From: Podarcis tiliguerta
Lineage: Eukaryota
NCBI GenBank assembly: GCA_965153285.1
Contig: OZ229113.1
DNA: 64,000 bases
Direction: 5' to 3' (one strand)
Positions 13,126 through 25,371 of the stretch are shown here, piece by piece (position 1 is the stretch's first letter; the number at the start of each line of letters is the position of its first letter). A program made the translations under genes and the position numbers. The notes beneath the pieces are model-generated. The model saw only the letters and a program-made list of their open reading frames with translations. It was not told the origin of the DNA and searched no databases.

Positions 13126-13663
13126 AGTTTGTTTTGATGCTGCAAAAGCTGTTCAAGGCAAGAAGGGCATTTGCTGTTCCACACCCCTAACAGAAAAGTA
13201 ACTAAGCTACTATTCTCGTTTTTGCAAAGGTACCAGTCCTTGAGAAATGGTGGCTGCATCCAATAAATTTGACAAGACCAGGATGACTGCATTCTCAAAA
13301 ACCGCTTATTCTTTTCTTATTTGACTTAACTGGGATTAAATTGCAATTTCAGGCATTCACGTTGCACTTACTAAAGACACTTCTGGATGGTGATTTGTTC
13401 TTCTTTTTTTGGAGAGACCAAGCCCAGCATTCAGCAATTCCTATCCTTCCACTTGGAAGCACAGCAAATGGCAGAGGTACCTGCCTTAGCATGAGGGAAG
13501 TTGCATTGTGCTGAATTTCACAACTCCCAAGCAAAGCTGAACTGTTCTCTGCCGGCTCTGCCTCTTCTACTTCCAGCTTAGCATTCAGGAGTCCATGAAG
13601 TCCCAATGTGGAGATGCTCAAATGTACACAGGGTGTCCACCTCGCAGTTTAGAACACCTCCAC

Positions 13664-13890
13664 CAGTGCGGTGGAGTGGTTACAGTGTTGGACTCGGATC
13701 TGGGAGACCAGGGTTCAAATCCCCACTCAGCCATGAAGCTCCCTGGGTGACCCTGGCCCTGTCACTCACTCTCAGCCTAACCTCAAAGGGCTGTTGTAAG
13801 GATAAAATAGAATGGAGGGGATGGAGGGGAGAACCACGTGTGCCACTTGGAGCTCCTTGGAGGAAAGTTGGCATGTAAATATAATAAATG
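13664..13890 (+). mobile_element. tRNA-derived CORE/MIR-like SINE
   Basis: A box-like TGGAGTGGTT, B box GGTTCAAATCCC, CORE-like CTGGGTGACCCTGG...TCACTCTCAGCCT. Confidence 0.75.
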
Positions 13891-14054
13891 TTTATGCAGT
13901 CATTTATGCGGAGTTAAACACAAGCATAAGCTTATACACCTTTTCCTTTAAATATGTGCATAATGGCTTTTAAGGTCTATTATGCCATCCCCACTCCCAT
14001 CTCTCCAGAGTAATGTCTCTTTTAAGGTGGAATAGAGGAGAGACTGGTAAAGGT

Positions 14055-14842
14055 GGACACGGGTGGCGCTGTGATCTAAACCACTGATCTTCTTGGGCTT
14101 ACCGATCAGAAGGTTGATGGTTCGAATGTGCACGACGAGGTGAGCTCCAGTTGCTCTGTCCCAGCTTCTGCCAACCTAGCAGTTCAAAAGCATGCCAGTG
14201 CAAGTAAATACAGTGGTGCCTCGCAAGACAAAATTAATCCGTTCCGCGAGTCTCTTCATCTAGCGGTTTTTTGATTTTGCGAAGCAACCCTATTAGCGGA
14301 TTAGCGCTATTAGCGGTTTAGCGGCTATTAAAGGCTTAAGGGATTAGCGGATTAGCTGCTAAAAGGCTATTAGCAGTTTAGTGCCTTAGAAAAAGGGGGT
14401 GGGGAGTGGAAAAAAATTGCAGGAACTCGCAAGACATTTTCGTCTTGTGAAGCAAGCCCATAGGAAATTTGTTCTGCGAAGCACCTCCAAAACGGAAAAC
14501 CCTTTCGTCTAGCGGGTTTTCCGTCTTGCGAGGCATTCGTCTTGCGGGGCACCACTGTAAATAGGTACTGCTTGGTACCGTTGCTCTGTCCCAACTCGTG
14601 CCAACCCAGCAGTTCAAAAGCATGCCAGTGCAAGTAGATAAATAGGTACCACTGCGGCGGGAAGGTAAATGGCATTTCCGTGCACTCTGGTTTCCGTCAC
14701 GGTGTTCCGTTGTGCCAGAAGCGGTTTAGTCATGCTGGCCACATGACCCAGAAAGCTGTCTGTGGACAAATGGCGGCTCTCTCAGCCTGAAAGCAAAATG
14801 AGCTGGACTTAACCGTCCAGGGGTCATTTACCTTTACCTTTT
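14055..14842 (+). mobile_element. Sauria SINE interrupted by a MITE and carrying an internal duplication
   Basis: Head GGACACGGGTGGCGCTGTG and TTTACCTTTACC tail. The block GTTGCTCTGTCCC...CCAGTGCAAGTA occurs twice (~14151-14207 and ~14580-14637). Confidence 0.88.
14211..14557. mobile_element. Tc1/mariner-type MITE nested in a Sauria SINE
   Basis: TIRs CAGTGGTGCCTCGCAAGAC / GTCTTGCGGGGCACCACTG and TA TSD. Interior is short TTAGCGG-like tandem repeats. Confidence 0.9.
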
Positions 14843-15368
14843 AGATGAGACACCAAGGAAACAATCCATATCCATAATTTCATTACATAACAGTTTGAGA
14901 GCCCCTCTTACAGCTGGCTATATGTTAAGCATATCAAAATTTGATCTGGACCTTCTCCATATTTCATAATTAAAGTGACAAATGTGTCTCATTTAGAAAT
15001 GTTGATAAAAGGGAGTGGGGAGCAGCCTCTTGCAACCTGGTTACCCCTTCCTCATATGAAAGTATTTGACTCTAGAAATCTCTCCTCAGAGTAGTTAGAC
15101 TGGCTCCCACCTTGCAGGAGGGACTGGCTCCTTCTGCAGGCCCCATAGGCTTTGAGGGAATGGACTGCTTTTAATGAAAGGGCTGGTGCCATGCTTTTTT
15201 TATTGCAATTACCTCTATGTTTAAAAACAGATTTTTAAAAATACGTATATAGTTTTAATTCTATTAAGGTTTAATTGTTTTTTAATTATTGCTTTTTCTA
15301 TGTTTTTAGCAATTCTTGTTTTTATCTCTAAGCTGCCTTGTGTTCCTTTAGGGGAAAAGGTGGTTATA

Positions 15369-15399
15369 GATGATGATGATAATGATGATGATGATGATG
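15369..15399 (+). repeat. (GAT)n microsatellite, probably the tail of an old L2-type fragment
   Basis: Read directly. Preceded by AAGCTGCCTTG...AAAAGGTGGTTATA. Confidence 0.85.
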
Positions 15400-15914
15400 G
15401 ATAGCATTATGTTTTCAATTATTGTATTATTATGTAATTTCCAAATATGTCTGCTTTTGGATTTGTTATTTCCTCAGGTTAAAAATGTAGGTGTTAACAG
15501 TGTGAAAATAGAGCTCACTTGTGATCTATAAAACCCCTTATTCTCATAATTGTGCAGTTGATTTGATTTCCAGATTTTTCAAGAAATTAACTCATTGTCT
15601 GATTTCTCAAGGCTGCTTCCAACTGGACTTTAATATTTGTGCATTCTATAACATTTTAGAGTACACAACCCAATTTCTTGCCGCTTATTGAATTACACCC
15701 TAGTACACTATTCAACTTGGAAAACCCAAGTCTCTCTTTATTTTGTTCGAGATTATGGCTGTTTTCAGACATATAATTTATTACAATAACAAATCTTGGC
15801 GTATTGTGATGGAACAAGCCTAGTCAAGCCTCAGGTTTACACTGTCCTTTGATGCAGCCACAAGGGGGAGCTTGTAAGCTTTTGCCTCTGGTTTTTATTG
15901 TTGTTGTTTATTAG

Positions 15915-16090
15915 TTTCCGTGTGCTGCTCTGGTGCCGGTTCGTCAGAGCAGCTTCGTCATGCTGGCCACGTGACCTGGAAGTGTCTGCGGACAGCGCTG
16001 GCTCCCGGCCTATAGAGTGAGATGAGCGCACAAACCTAGAGTCTGTCAAGACTGGCTCGTACGGGCAGGGGTACCTTTACCTTTACCTTT
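15915..16090 (+). mobile_element. Sauria SINE, 5'-truncated
   Basis: Closely matches the 3' half of 34203-34564. (ACCTTT)n tail. TTATTAGTTT repeated on both flanks. Confidence 0.9.
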
Positions 16091-16830
16091 ATTAGTTTAT
16101 TCATTAGTTTTCTCTTCTATCCTTCCTCCTGCAGGAGCACAGCCCACACCAGACACAAAATACAATAATAATAAAATAATAAGTACAAATTGTATCAAAA
16201 CTCAAGGCTATGAATCTGAACGCACATCAGATACAGTGAAACCTGAGCAGATGGATTCTTCACTCCAGCTATGTACCAAAGGCCTGGATAAAGAAATGCA
16301 CAATCCTTTGACTTTTAAAAGTTGTCGGTTGCAGGGGCAACTAAACTGCCCTGGAAAGGGAAGTCAAATGGGGTGCCGCCACAGAGAATGCCCATAGTGC
16401 AGTGTGTCACTCTAACCCTAAACTCTGGTTTGTTGGAACAAGCCAGCTTCATGACATGACTTGAAGTTGATTTCTTTCAGATAAACCATAGTTAAGATGG
16501 AAGTGGCTTTCCTTTTTTCCTCCTATTGATTATAATGGGAGGGATTAACTATGGCAACCCCAGAGCCATTCCTGTGAGCGTGTCAGAGAAATGAAAGTGC
16601 TTTGGAGGAAACACCCACCCCTGCCACATCCTTGTTCCCTCAGTCCACCAGCAGAGCATCGCTGGTGGAAAATCTGTGATGGCGAGCATGTGTGTAGATG
16701 TCATGCCAGCGTTATACACCTCTCTCTGCTGAAGGAGCAGCACTCAATGATGCTTCCTATGGCTCACTCAAGTAGCTTCATTATTTCGCTTATTAAATGT
16801 ATATACTGTCCATCCTAGGACCTCAGAGAG

Positions 16831-17310
16831 TGTCAAGGCTTCAGGGAATCCTATCCCTCCCCCAGTGGCCGCCAAAAAGCAGATAACCAAAAAGAGTTCT
16901 TACCACGTAATTTATTCAGTATTCATAGAGAGAGAGACAAAGGAAGGCTGTCTGTATTAAATAATGGCGTTGTTCCAAGTAAAGCCCAACCCTCTCCGTC
17001 TCCCTTATTCTACGTCATCCCTGTGCCGGCTGATCAGAGCTTTCTGTTTTACCACTCTCAATGCCTGCCTGGTCCTGAGAGAGGGGGGCTCAGGAATGCT
17101 CTCCACAGACACTGTCAGCTGTCTCTCCCCCAGTGCTGCTTCTTCCTGCTATTCCTCATCCAATATTTCCCAGTTTTCCCCCTCTGGAGCCTCTGAACTA
17201 TGACCTTCTGCAAACCACTGTTCTAAATCTATACTGTTCTCTTGTTATCGGGAAGGTCCAGGAGAAGGGGGTGTGGCCCCCACCATTCCTCCTCAGTCCA
17301 GTCCCTGACA
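16831..17310 (-). mobile_element. Solo LTR
   Basis: TGTCA...TGACA termini. 5-bp TSD GAGAG (16826-16830, 17311-17315). TTTATT at ~16911 gives AATAAA on the minus strand. Confidence 0.8.
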
Positions 17311-18159
17311 GAGAGGTTTACAATATAAAAACACATACACACCAGTTTTCCAGTGAGGTTTGGGTTGCCTCCTCAAAGTCTTGTCAGTTTCAAAAGCAGC
17401 TTGCCACATGGCATGACGGTTTACTGGGGGGGTGTAGGAATACCATTCACCATCATCTTATAAGTATGCAGGTCTGTGGATCCTGGCTGTGTGGAGAAGA
17501 GAATGTGACAAGCACCAGTGTTCAGAGTAACAAGCCAGATGGAAAACTGCAAACATCAAAACAAGAAAAATCTCTCAGGATTGTCTTTCTTTTTCAGTGC
17601 ACCTATGTAAATCCAGTGTAATGACTGCTACTGCTGGACAAAACTGACCTCTATAAATGTCTAACTGGAAAAACAACAACACCAACACATCCTCAAGTGT
17701 GAGAAATTGAGATATGATGAAGAGGAATATGGAAATTCAAATATTACAGTAGAGAAGCCCCCAGAGTTCCTAATGTTCTCAATAAATCACATCCCAATTG
17801 AGACAAAATCAATTGTCAAATAAACTCCACATTTCTTATTGAATAACGATTGATTAAAATGAAGGGAAAAAGTTGTTAAGCAAATTGCTCATAAATAAAG
17901 ACCAAATCCCTTTTAACCCACTTTTGTGGTCTGAGATCGAACTTGTCTCTGGTAAAAGATTGATGATGAGTTGTTGCAGCAGCGAGGTAAACATTGTTTT
18001 TGTGCTTGCCTCTGCCAGTGTTACATTTCTGACATACCTTAGCAAACTCTCTCTGTGGGAGTGTGTATGCACATGCACACAAACGTTCACAAACTGTATG
18101 ATGTCCAACCCTGTGCTTCCAACCAAGGCAACCAGTAAAACTCCTTTTCAAATCATCAC

Positions 18160-18302
18160 CACCATTTATTTATATGCCACGCATCTGACTGGGTTGCCCT
18201 AGCCACTCTGGGCAGCTTCCAACAAATTAAAACATCAAACATTGCAAACCATCAAATATTTTAAAACTGATGTCTTTTAAAAGTCAGGTAGTTGTTTATC
18301 TG
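18160..18302 (-). mobile_element. L2 LINE 3' UTR fragment
   Basis: CATCTGACTGGGTTGCCCTAGCCACTCTGGGCAGCTTCC is complementary to the L2 3' UTR seen elsewhere in the window. Confidence 0.7.
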
Positions 18303-18401
18303 TTCCAAAATATTGTTCGAAAAGTTGAAAGGCAAATAGATTTGGGTGGACTATTATTAGCATGCATGGAGTCTTTACTTGAAGACGAATACAAACATCA
18401 A

Positions 18402-18863
18402 ATTATTATTATTTATTTATTTATTTATTTATTTATACACCACCCATCTGGCTGGGTTTCCCCAGCCACTGGGCGGCTTCCACAAAGACCAAAAATACAC
18501 TAAGATGTCACACATTAAAAAGTCCCCTGAACAGGGCTGCCTTAAGATGTCTTCTGAATGTCAGGTAGTTGTTTATCTCTTTGACATCTGATGGGAGGGC
18601 GTTCCACAGGGCGGGCGCCACTACTGAGAAGGCCCTCTGCCTGGTTCCCTGTAACCACACTTCTCGCAGTGAGGGAACCGCCAGAAGGCCCTTGGCGCTG
18701 GACCTCAGCACCCGGCAAAACGATGGGGGTGGAGACGCTCCTTCAGGTATACTGGGCTGAGGCCGTTTAGGGCTTTAAAGGTCAACACCAACACTTTGAA
18801 TTGTGCTCGGAAACGTACTGGGAGCCAATGTAGGTCTTTCAAGACCAGTGTTATGTGGTCTCA
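18402..18863 (-). mobile_element. L2 LINE 3' fragment
   Basis: Minus-strand translation LRSS..GLLAVP...GTRQRAFSVVAPALWNALPSDVKEI..YLTFRRHLKAALF is an L2 ORF2 C-terminal motif. (TAAA/TAA)n tail. Confidence 0.9.
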
Positions 18864-21800
18864 GCCAAATAACAAACAATAAGTACTTACACTGTGCTAC
18901 ATGCCCCCAACACCTCATTTTAACCAGGTTGCTTCTCCTGCCTGTGAGCTCTTAGCACGCCAGGTAGCCTAAGTAGCCAGTGGCATGCTCATCAGCTGAA
19001 GGCTGAGTTTAAATGAAATGTTGCAATGTACGCATTATCAGCTTAACAGCTGACACACGGTCCCAGGAGGCCAGGTCCTTGTGAGCTGACTGAGGGCTCA
19101 TCCAGGCTTCTGGAAAACCGCTTGGACCTGTGCATAGAACTGCTCAGATCCCTGCTTTCTAGGAACAGGGCGAGCAGAAGTGTAGGCGAGTCTTCAAAGG
19201 TGTGCCCTGAGTTGAGGAAATAGTTTTTGCTCTGTGCAGACTTCTGGGCCTTATTAATAATAAAGTTTGATTTGCCATTAACTCGCCTGGTAGTGAGTTC
19301 ATACATAAAGAGTAGAAGGCAATAGACATACAACAACCACATGGTTAAATTATTCTTTCCTCACCCGAGTCACATTTAAATTGGGCCTCCCAGGCCACAA
19401 CACAGTGGGATTTCAGTTAGCTAGAGCATAGACTGATGTGAAGCATATGATATTACTTATAGATGCATGAAAGCAATCTTCCTCAATATCAGATGCTTTA
19501 GTGGAAAGAATGGCAGGGTTACAAAAGGTTAAAGACAGGCTGATGGCGTGTTTTTTTTCTTTAACCACCCCCTTGTCTTCCTTGCTTCCAAAAGTAAAAG
19601 AGAAAACATGCAGAACAGCTCATTTTGTTTCCACTCGCCCCCCCCCCTCACAATACCATGAAATGATGAAAAAAGCTTTACTCTCTAATTGCAAATGGGG
19701 AGGGGGAAAATCTGGATCTTAATCATTTATCATAACTTACAGATATTCAACCCAAAACCACAGTGCAGCATTAAACCATGGTTTGGTATTATGTGCACAA
19801 GCCTCACAGCTCACGTATTCTTTCATGCTCTGGCATGTCCCCTCTAATGTGGCCACAAGGAGGTGGTTGGAAGCTTTTGCTCCTGTTTTCCACTAGCTGC
19901 AGTTGTTTTTTTATGTCCAAATCCAGACAAACCGAGGTTGGTCTTATTAACTGTGGTTTATGGAAACAAGTCAAGTTCAAACCATGGTTTCCTGTCATAT
20001 TTCTGTAAACCTTAGTTAACGCCAAACATAGTGAAAAATTATTTAGTGACAGGATTAACTAAGGTGGCATTTCCTGTCTTTAAGCTTGGTGTTCTCTGAG
20101 GTAAAGGAGGAGGACTGAGCAGCTGAATCTCATTCAACTCATGATGGAGGCAAGTCTTCTCTTGCTGATATCTACCAATTGCCAGACAGCAGCTCCTTCT
20201 GAGGTCCTCTGGGCAAAACAGTGAGGCTGTAAATCAGCTACTCAACCTGTAATGGAAGCAGGTACCAGAAGAGAAGAGGGGGAAACACAATCCTGAGGCT
20301 CATTCCCATAGCGTTAACAGTGGTTTAGCAGTAAGCCTTATTGTAGTGATTTAAAAATATCAATGATACAAACCTCCTAGGTGGACTGTACCAGTGCAGA
20401 ATTCAAGTTCGAGAGCACATGTTTGAATGCTACCTCACATCATGACCTCCATCTCACTAGAAGCAAGGGTCCTGAGTGAACATTTTCCTGGCTTGCTAAT
20501 TTTCTCTCAGCAGGGAGTTTATATCTACCGATTCTCCACCAACGTTCTGAAATGGTCACTACGAAACAGTAATTATTACACATAGAAAGGCTGGGTCCTG
20601 TGTTGTAGCTCAGTGTGTAGTTCAAGCTCTAGCACGAAAACCATCATGGCTTGACAACATATCAAAGGCTCATAATTTCCCTGTTCAAATCAGTAGTGAA
20701 ATCCTTACCATTTCTGATGAAGAGCTGAACACACAGAAACACACGCCCTTCCTTGGGTAAAATAATAGAAATCTATTTTCTCTCAGCTATGGATTTGTTG
20801 ACATATAAATATTCGGTGTTGTAGGGTTTGTTTGTGTTTTTTAAAAGAAAATGTCCGGGGGTTTCTGGACTCATAACCAGTTCAGCTGGTTATGATAACC
20901 AATGAAAACCTAAATGGTCTTGACCCAGCATACCTGAGAAAATTCTTCCACCTTCTCAAGTTCCCTCATAATCTCTAACATCCTCAGAGACACCTCTTTG
21001 CACTAAGAATCAATCTCCTTGGTTACTCAGCATCTGTAAAATATTCTTCGCCTCTAGATTTGCCAAAGCCTAAATGTGAACATTTTCTCTGTTTATTCAA
21101 AAATAAAAAGTTAGCTTTTGGTGGCCAGAGACGTTACCATAAGGTTAAGGTTTATTTTCAATACAGCTTGATTTCAACATCTTCTTCCCCATCTTGAGCT
21201 TTTGGGGCGAACTAATAGATTATTTTCATAATACCACAGATGCTTGTTACAACTAATTGCTTTTAATAGTGAAGAATTGATGGCCGCCTGGTAGACCTGG
21301 CAACCTGCTTGAGGACTGACTCAAATTATCTTTGTGTGTGTGTGTTGAGATGTGTGTCTCAAAGCCAGCTGCATTGTCATGTTGTTTGCAGCAAGGGCAG
21401 TTACTGCTTCGCTTCACCACAAAGTCAGACTAGCAAATCAATCTCCACCTTATCATCATTCACCAGTTATTGTATTTTATAAATGTACATCCCACCCTTC
21501 AATGAGAAACAGTGTTAAGAAAGACCCATAACACAAAAATAAGCAAAACAAAAGTAGAGTAGAAAACTTATGTAAGTAGAAGTAGAGCAGTAAAGCAATT
21601 TTCACTATGGATTAAAAATCTGGAAAAGGTATTGCCTGGCATTGAAAGAATATCTGAGAAGGTGCCAGGTGAACTTCTCTGGGGAGAGGAACATGTAACA
21701 GTGTGTCACACACCATGAAGGTTCACTCCTCAGTCATTGTGCACCCTCATTTCAGGCAGCAGGGGCACCCAAGGGAGAGCCTTACATTCAACACACATTA

Positions 21801-22654
21801 AAAAGCACATGGCTCCCTGCAAAGAATCCTAGGAACAGTGCTATACCTCTTACAGAGCTATAATTCCCAGCGCCCGTAACAAACACAGTTTCCAGGTTTC
21901 TTCTGGGGAACTTTAGATGTATGCTGTGGTTGTGACCCAGGGAGGCTCTTGATGAGTACAACATAAATTATGGTGTGCAGTTCAGCACACCATTGGGAAC
22001 CTGATTAATTTCTATACAGGGCCATCTTTATCCAGGAGTGCAAGGGGTGCGGGGCACCTGGGCGCCGAATTTTGGGAGGCGCCCGCCGCTGAAGCCACCT
22101 ACTCTTAACTATCTACCTGTTATGAAATAATAAATAATTTTGATCAAGCTAGAAAAACAAAATACATATATACCTAGGTATTACTGAAGCGTATACCTAC
22201 AGTTTCACTAAAGGACTTTCGACTTTGTGCGCTCATTTACCAAAGACACACCACGCCAGCAGTGGCGCTTGTCATTCACAATGGCGGCTCTTGTCAGACT
22301 CAATGAGTATAAGTGTATTGTAAATAAATGAGCAATAAAAAAGTTTGTTTCTTTTTCCTCCCTTTTTTCGGAAACAAGAGATAAGGCATAAGCTTGATGT
22401 CTAACCTAAGCATAATAAAAGTTAATTTGGGGGCTAAACTAAATTTGGGGGCGCTGGGTGAATCTTTGCAGCCCAGCGGCGCATATGCTAGACTTCCCCA
22501 TTGGTCCAAGTAAGGAAGAGGTAAGGAAGTATGGTTTTTCTGTCTGTGTGACGAGCTACCCACTGATTAAAGTCCCTCTTCTGCACAACTGCTAAAGTTG
22601 CATGAGCCCAGTTGTCTTGTTTACCAGATCACCATAATTAATGCATAGATGTTC

Positions 22655-23252
22655 TTAAAAAAAATTATTAGTTTTCCAAGTTTATGACAAACATATCAAC
22701 AAACATTAAAAAAAATCAACAACCAAACATTTATCCTAACTGTAATAATCCCACTTTTGTTATCATTGTTGGGTGACTTCCTCAAGTCCCCCTGGCTGAG
22801 TTTCCATATAAATCATTGTAGCAGTTTCCAAAACTATTTTCACATAAAATTTACTTGGTCAATTAACATCTTTCTTTCTTTTCATTTTGACTTTTATCCA
22901 TAGTATTCTACAACATCACATATTTAAATCCTAGGCCAATCTGTTACTCGCAAGTAATTCTATTTAAATTATCTTAACATATTTAACTAAGTAGTCTTTA
23001 TATTTCTTCCATTCCTATTGATACTCCTCCTCCTTCTGGTCGCCAACTCTTCCGGTCAGGTCAGCTAGCTCCAAAAAGTCCATCATCTTCATCTGCCATT
23101 CCTCCACTGTTGGTACTTCTTGTAATTTCCAACTATTGGCCAGCAAAATTCTAGCTGCAGTTGTGGCATACAAAAACAATCTTGCATCTTTCTTGGGCAA
23201 TTCCAAACCTGTTATTCCAAGTAGAAAGGCTTCTGGTTTCTTAATAAATTGT
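22655..23252 (-). mobile_element. L1-clade LINE 3' fragment
   Basis: Minus-strand translation KKPEAFLLGI...LFLYATTAARILLANSWK..EVPTVEEWQMKM resembles a non-mammalian L1 ORF2 C-terminus. Confidence 0.8.
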
Positions 23253-23747
23253 CATGCATAGATGTTCTGGTGTATATAACCCTAGGTGTGAAAGAAGGTG
23301 GGAAGATTTACAATGCAGTCCTAAGCATGGCTTACTCAGGAGTAAACGCTGCTATGCTAAATGGGACTTGCTCCCTGGAAAGCGTGCACAGGATTGTAGC
23401 CTTAGAGAAAGGAAGATAGATGAGCCTAGCTGCTATGTATATTATGACACACCTGCTGGTTATGGCCTCTTGGGAATGTGACATAATAAATCCAGGAAGG
23501 GGGGGCAGGTAGTGGGAATGTGTTTAAAAAACAACAACAAGGAACAAAGTAAATTGCATGAAAGGCAGCCGTGCAATAAAGATTGTTTAGGAGCATATAA
23601 ATCAACATTTCAAAAGCAATATACTCACAAGGACTCTGTTCACATGCAACGGGTGTACGGCGAGATGCTAGAAATAGATGGGGAGCAAGCTGGAACACAG
23701 GAAGTCTCTCAGCAGATATCCAGGAAGGAAAGGTGCATATTAGAATA

Positions 23748-24253
23748 CAGTGGTACCCCGCAAGACGAATGCATCGGAAGACGAAAAACTCGCTAGAAGA
23801 AAGGGTTTTTCGTTTTCTGAGGTGATTCGCAAGACGGATTTTCCTAAGGGCTTGCTTCGCTAGACGAAACGGCCCTGCCTCTCGTGTCATAGCGACGGTC
23901 GCTTCCCTGCTCCTCCGGCTCCCTCCAACCTTCCGGCTGTCGGCCGACCTTCCGGCTGCCTCGCGCCGCTGCACCCCCCCCTCGCGCGCTCCCCTCAGAG
24001 AGCCATTGCCGCCAGCGCCTCTCTCTCCCTGGAGTCGCACTCCTGAGCCCTGCCGCCCTCCAGCAGCCACGTCGCACGGTGGCCACAACGCGTGGGTGAG
24101 TCTGAGGTACCGGCTGCGGCAGCTGTCCTGCTTCTCCCCGCCCCTCCCCGCCGTTGTTAGTGTTTAAATGCAGTGGTGCTTCACAAGACGAAAAAACTCG
24201 CACAACGAAAAAACTCGCGGAACGAATTAATTTCGTCTTGCGAGGCACCACTG
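23748..24253. mobile_element. Tc1/mariner-type MITE (same family as 14211-14557, opposite orientation) with GC/CpG-rich cargo
   Basis: TIRs CAGTGGTACCCCGCAAGACG / CGTCTTGCGAGGCACCACTG and TA TSD. Subterminal arms match 14211-14557 but the interior differs. Confidence 0.9.
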
Positions 24254-25316
24254 TATTAATAAAATCAACCTTACCACCCTCACTCAGTCATATAATGAGC
24301 CTTCTTATGTCCTTATCAAGCCATGTTCTTCCAACTGCAGAGGTGGGACCAGGATGCAAGAACACAATTGTGGGTGGGTCATTTCTGATTTTATAGTTAG
24401 TTTCAAACAGATTTTATCAGTATCGTGTTTGTTATGCTTACCGCTTTCAGACAATGGTATATAACTTGTCAACATAAATAAATTAAAATTTTGTATATAA
24501 GGCTGCTCTTCCTGGAAATCCTTTGGTTGGTTGTTTGTTTCCCAGAATCTCGCAAAACTCAGTCACTTTCTGTGATTTGTGTGTCATGTGGCGAACATTT
24601 CCTGTGTGAAAGAGAGGACACTTAGGGACATGGAAATTTTCCCTGGAAACCAGTACTTCCCATTTGGTGGGTTTTATGGAAGCTCGTCATCATGCGGTAG
24701 CTCAACCCTCCAGCACAGCCTGCTCAGGAACCCTTCAGCGACTCTTCCTTCCCCTCGAGGAAACGGCACTGCTAGCACAATCACTGAGTTCATACTGAGA
24801 AGAAAAGAAGCACCAGGTTGCCCTTTCTCTCTCTCACACGTAATCACTTCTTCAGCTGCTAACATCTGTTCTCTGACAGGTGTCTGATGTTCCTCCACCC
24901 CATGAGGGCAGCATTTCCTTTTTCTCCTTCTCTCCGGGGCCCTCTCCCCCCACCACATGTTCTCAGCCCCTCTCTTCATTTCTGCCGCTGTAGAGAGATG
25001 TAAATTAATTCTACTTTAGGTGCCTCTTTGATGTGGGCTTTGTCTAACTAGTGAAACAGCTAACCTAATTTCTCACCTGACCTTTACACTCCTCTGAACT
25101 TCAAGAATTCTGTCATTACGTGGCACTGATTTTCAGGGAGGGAGGCTTTTTAAAATAAAATAAAACAATAAGAAGTAAAGTAAAGTAAAGTAAAATAGAT
25201 AACTGAGTGAATTCTAGTTAGGAAAAATATTACAGGTATGCATTTTTATTTGGTCTGCTGTGCCAACCAGGTTAAGTTGAAGTATAAAGAGAGTACTTTA
25301 GGAACAGTTGTCCCTT

Positions 25317-25319
<3 letters not shown>

Positions 25320-25371
<52 letters not shown>
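25320..25371 (+). repeat. (CTTT)n microsatellite
   Basis: Read directly from the sequence. Confidence 0.95.

Noticed and set aside
12858-13298. 146-aa ORF with poly-F and poly-S
   Set aside because: Artefact of the (GAG)(AAG) microsatellite.
14290-14380. CRISPR-like or telomere-like short repeats (TTAGCGG)
   Set aside because: Irregular minisatellite inside a MITE in a vertebrate genome. There are no spacers and the unit is not TTAGGG.
19043-19342. GC-richer stretch with open frames on both strands
   Set aside because: No recognisable protein and no convincing splice sites.
23426-24088. Longest ORF in the window (220 aa, minus strand)
   Set aside because: It runs through the GC-rich MITE cargo and arm into flanking DNA, has low-complexity G/R/A composition and shows no recognisable domain.
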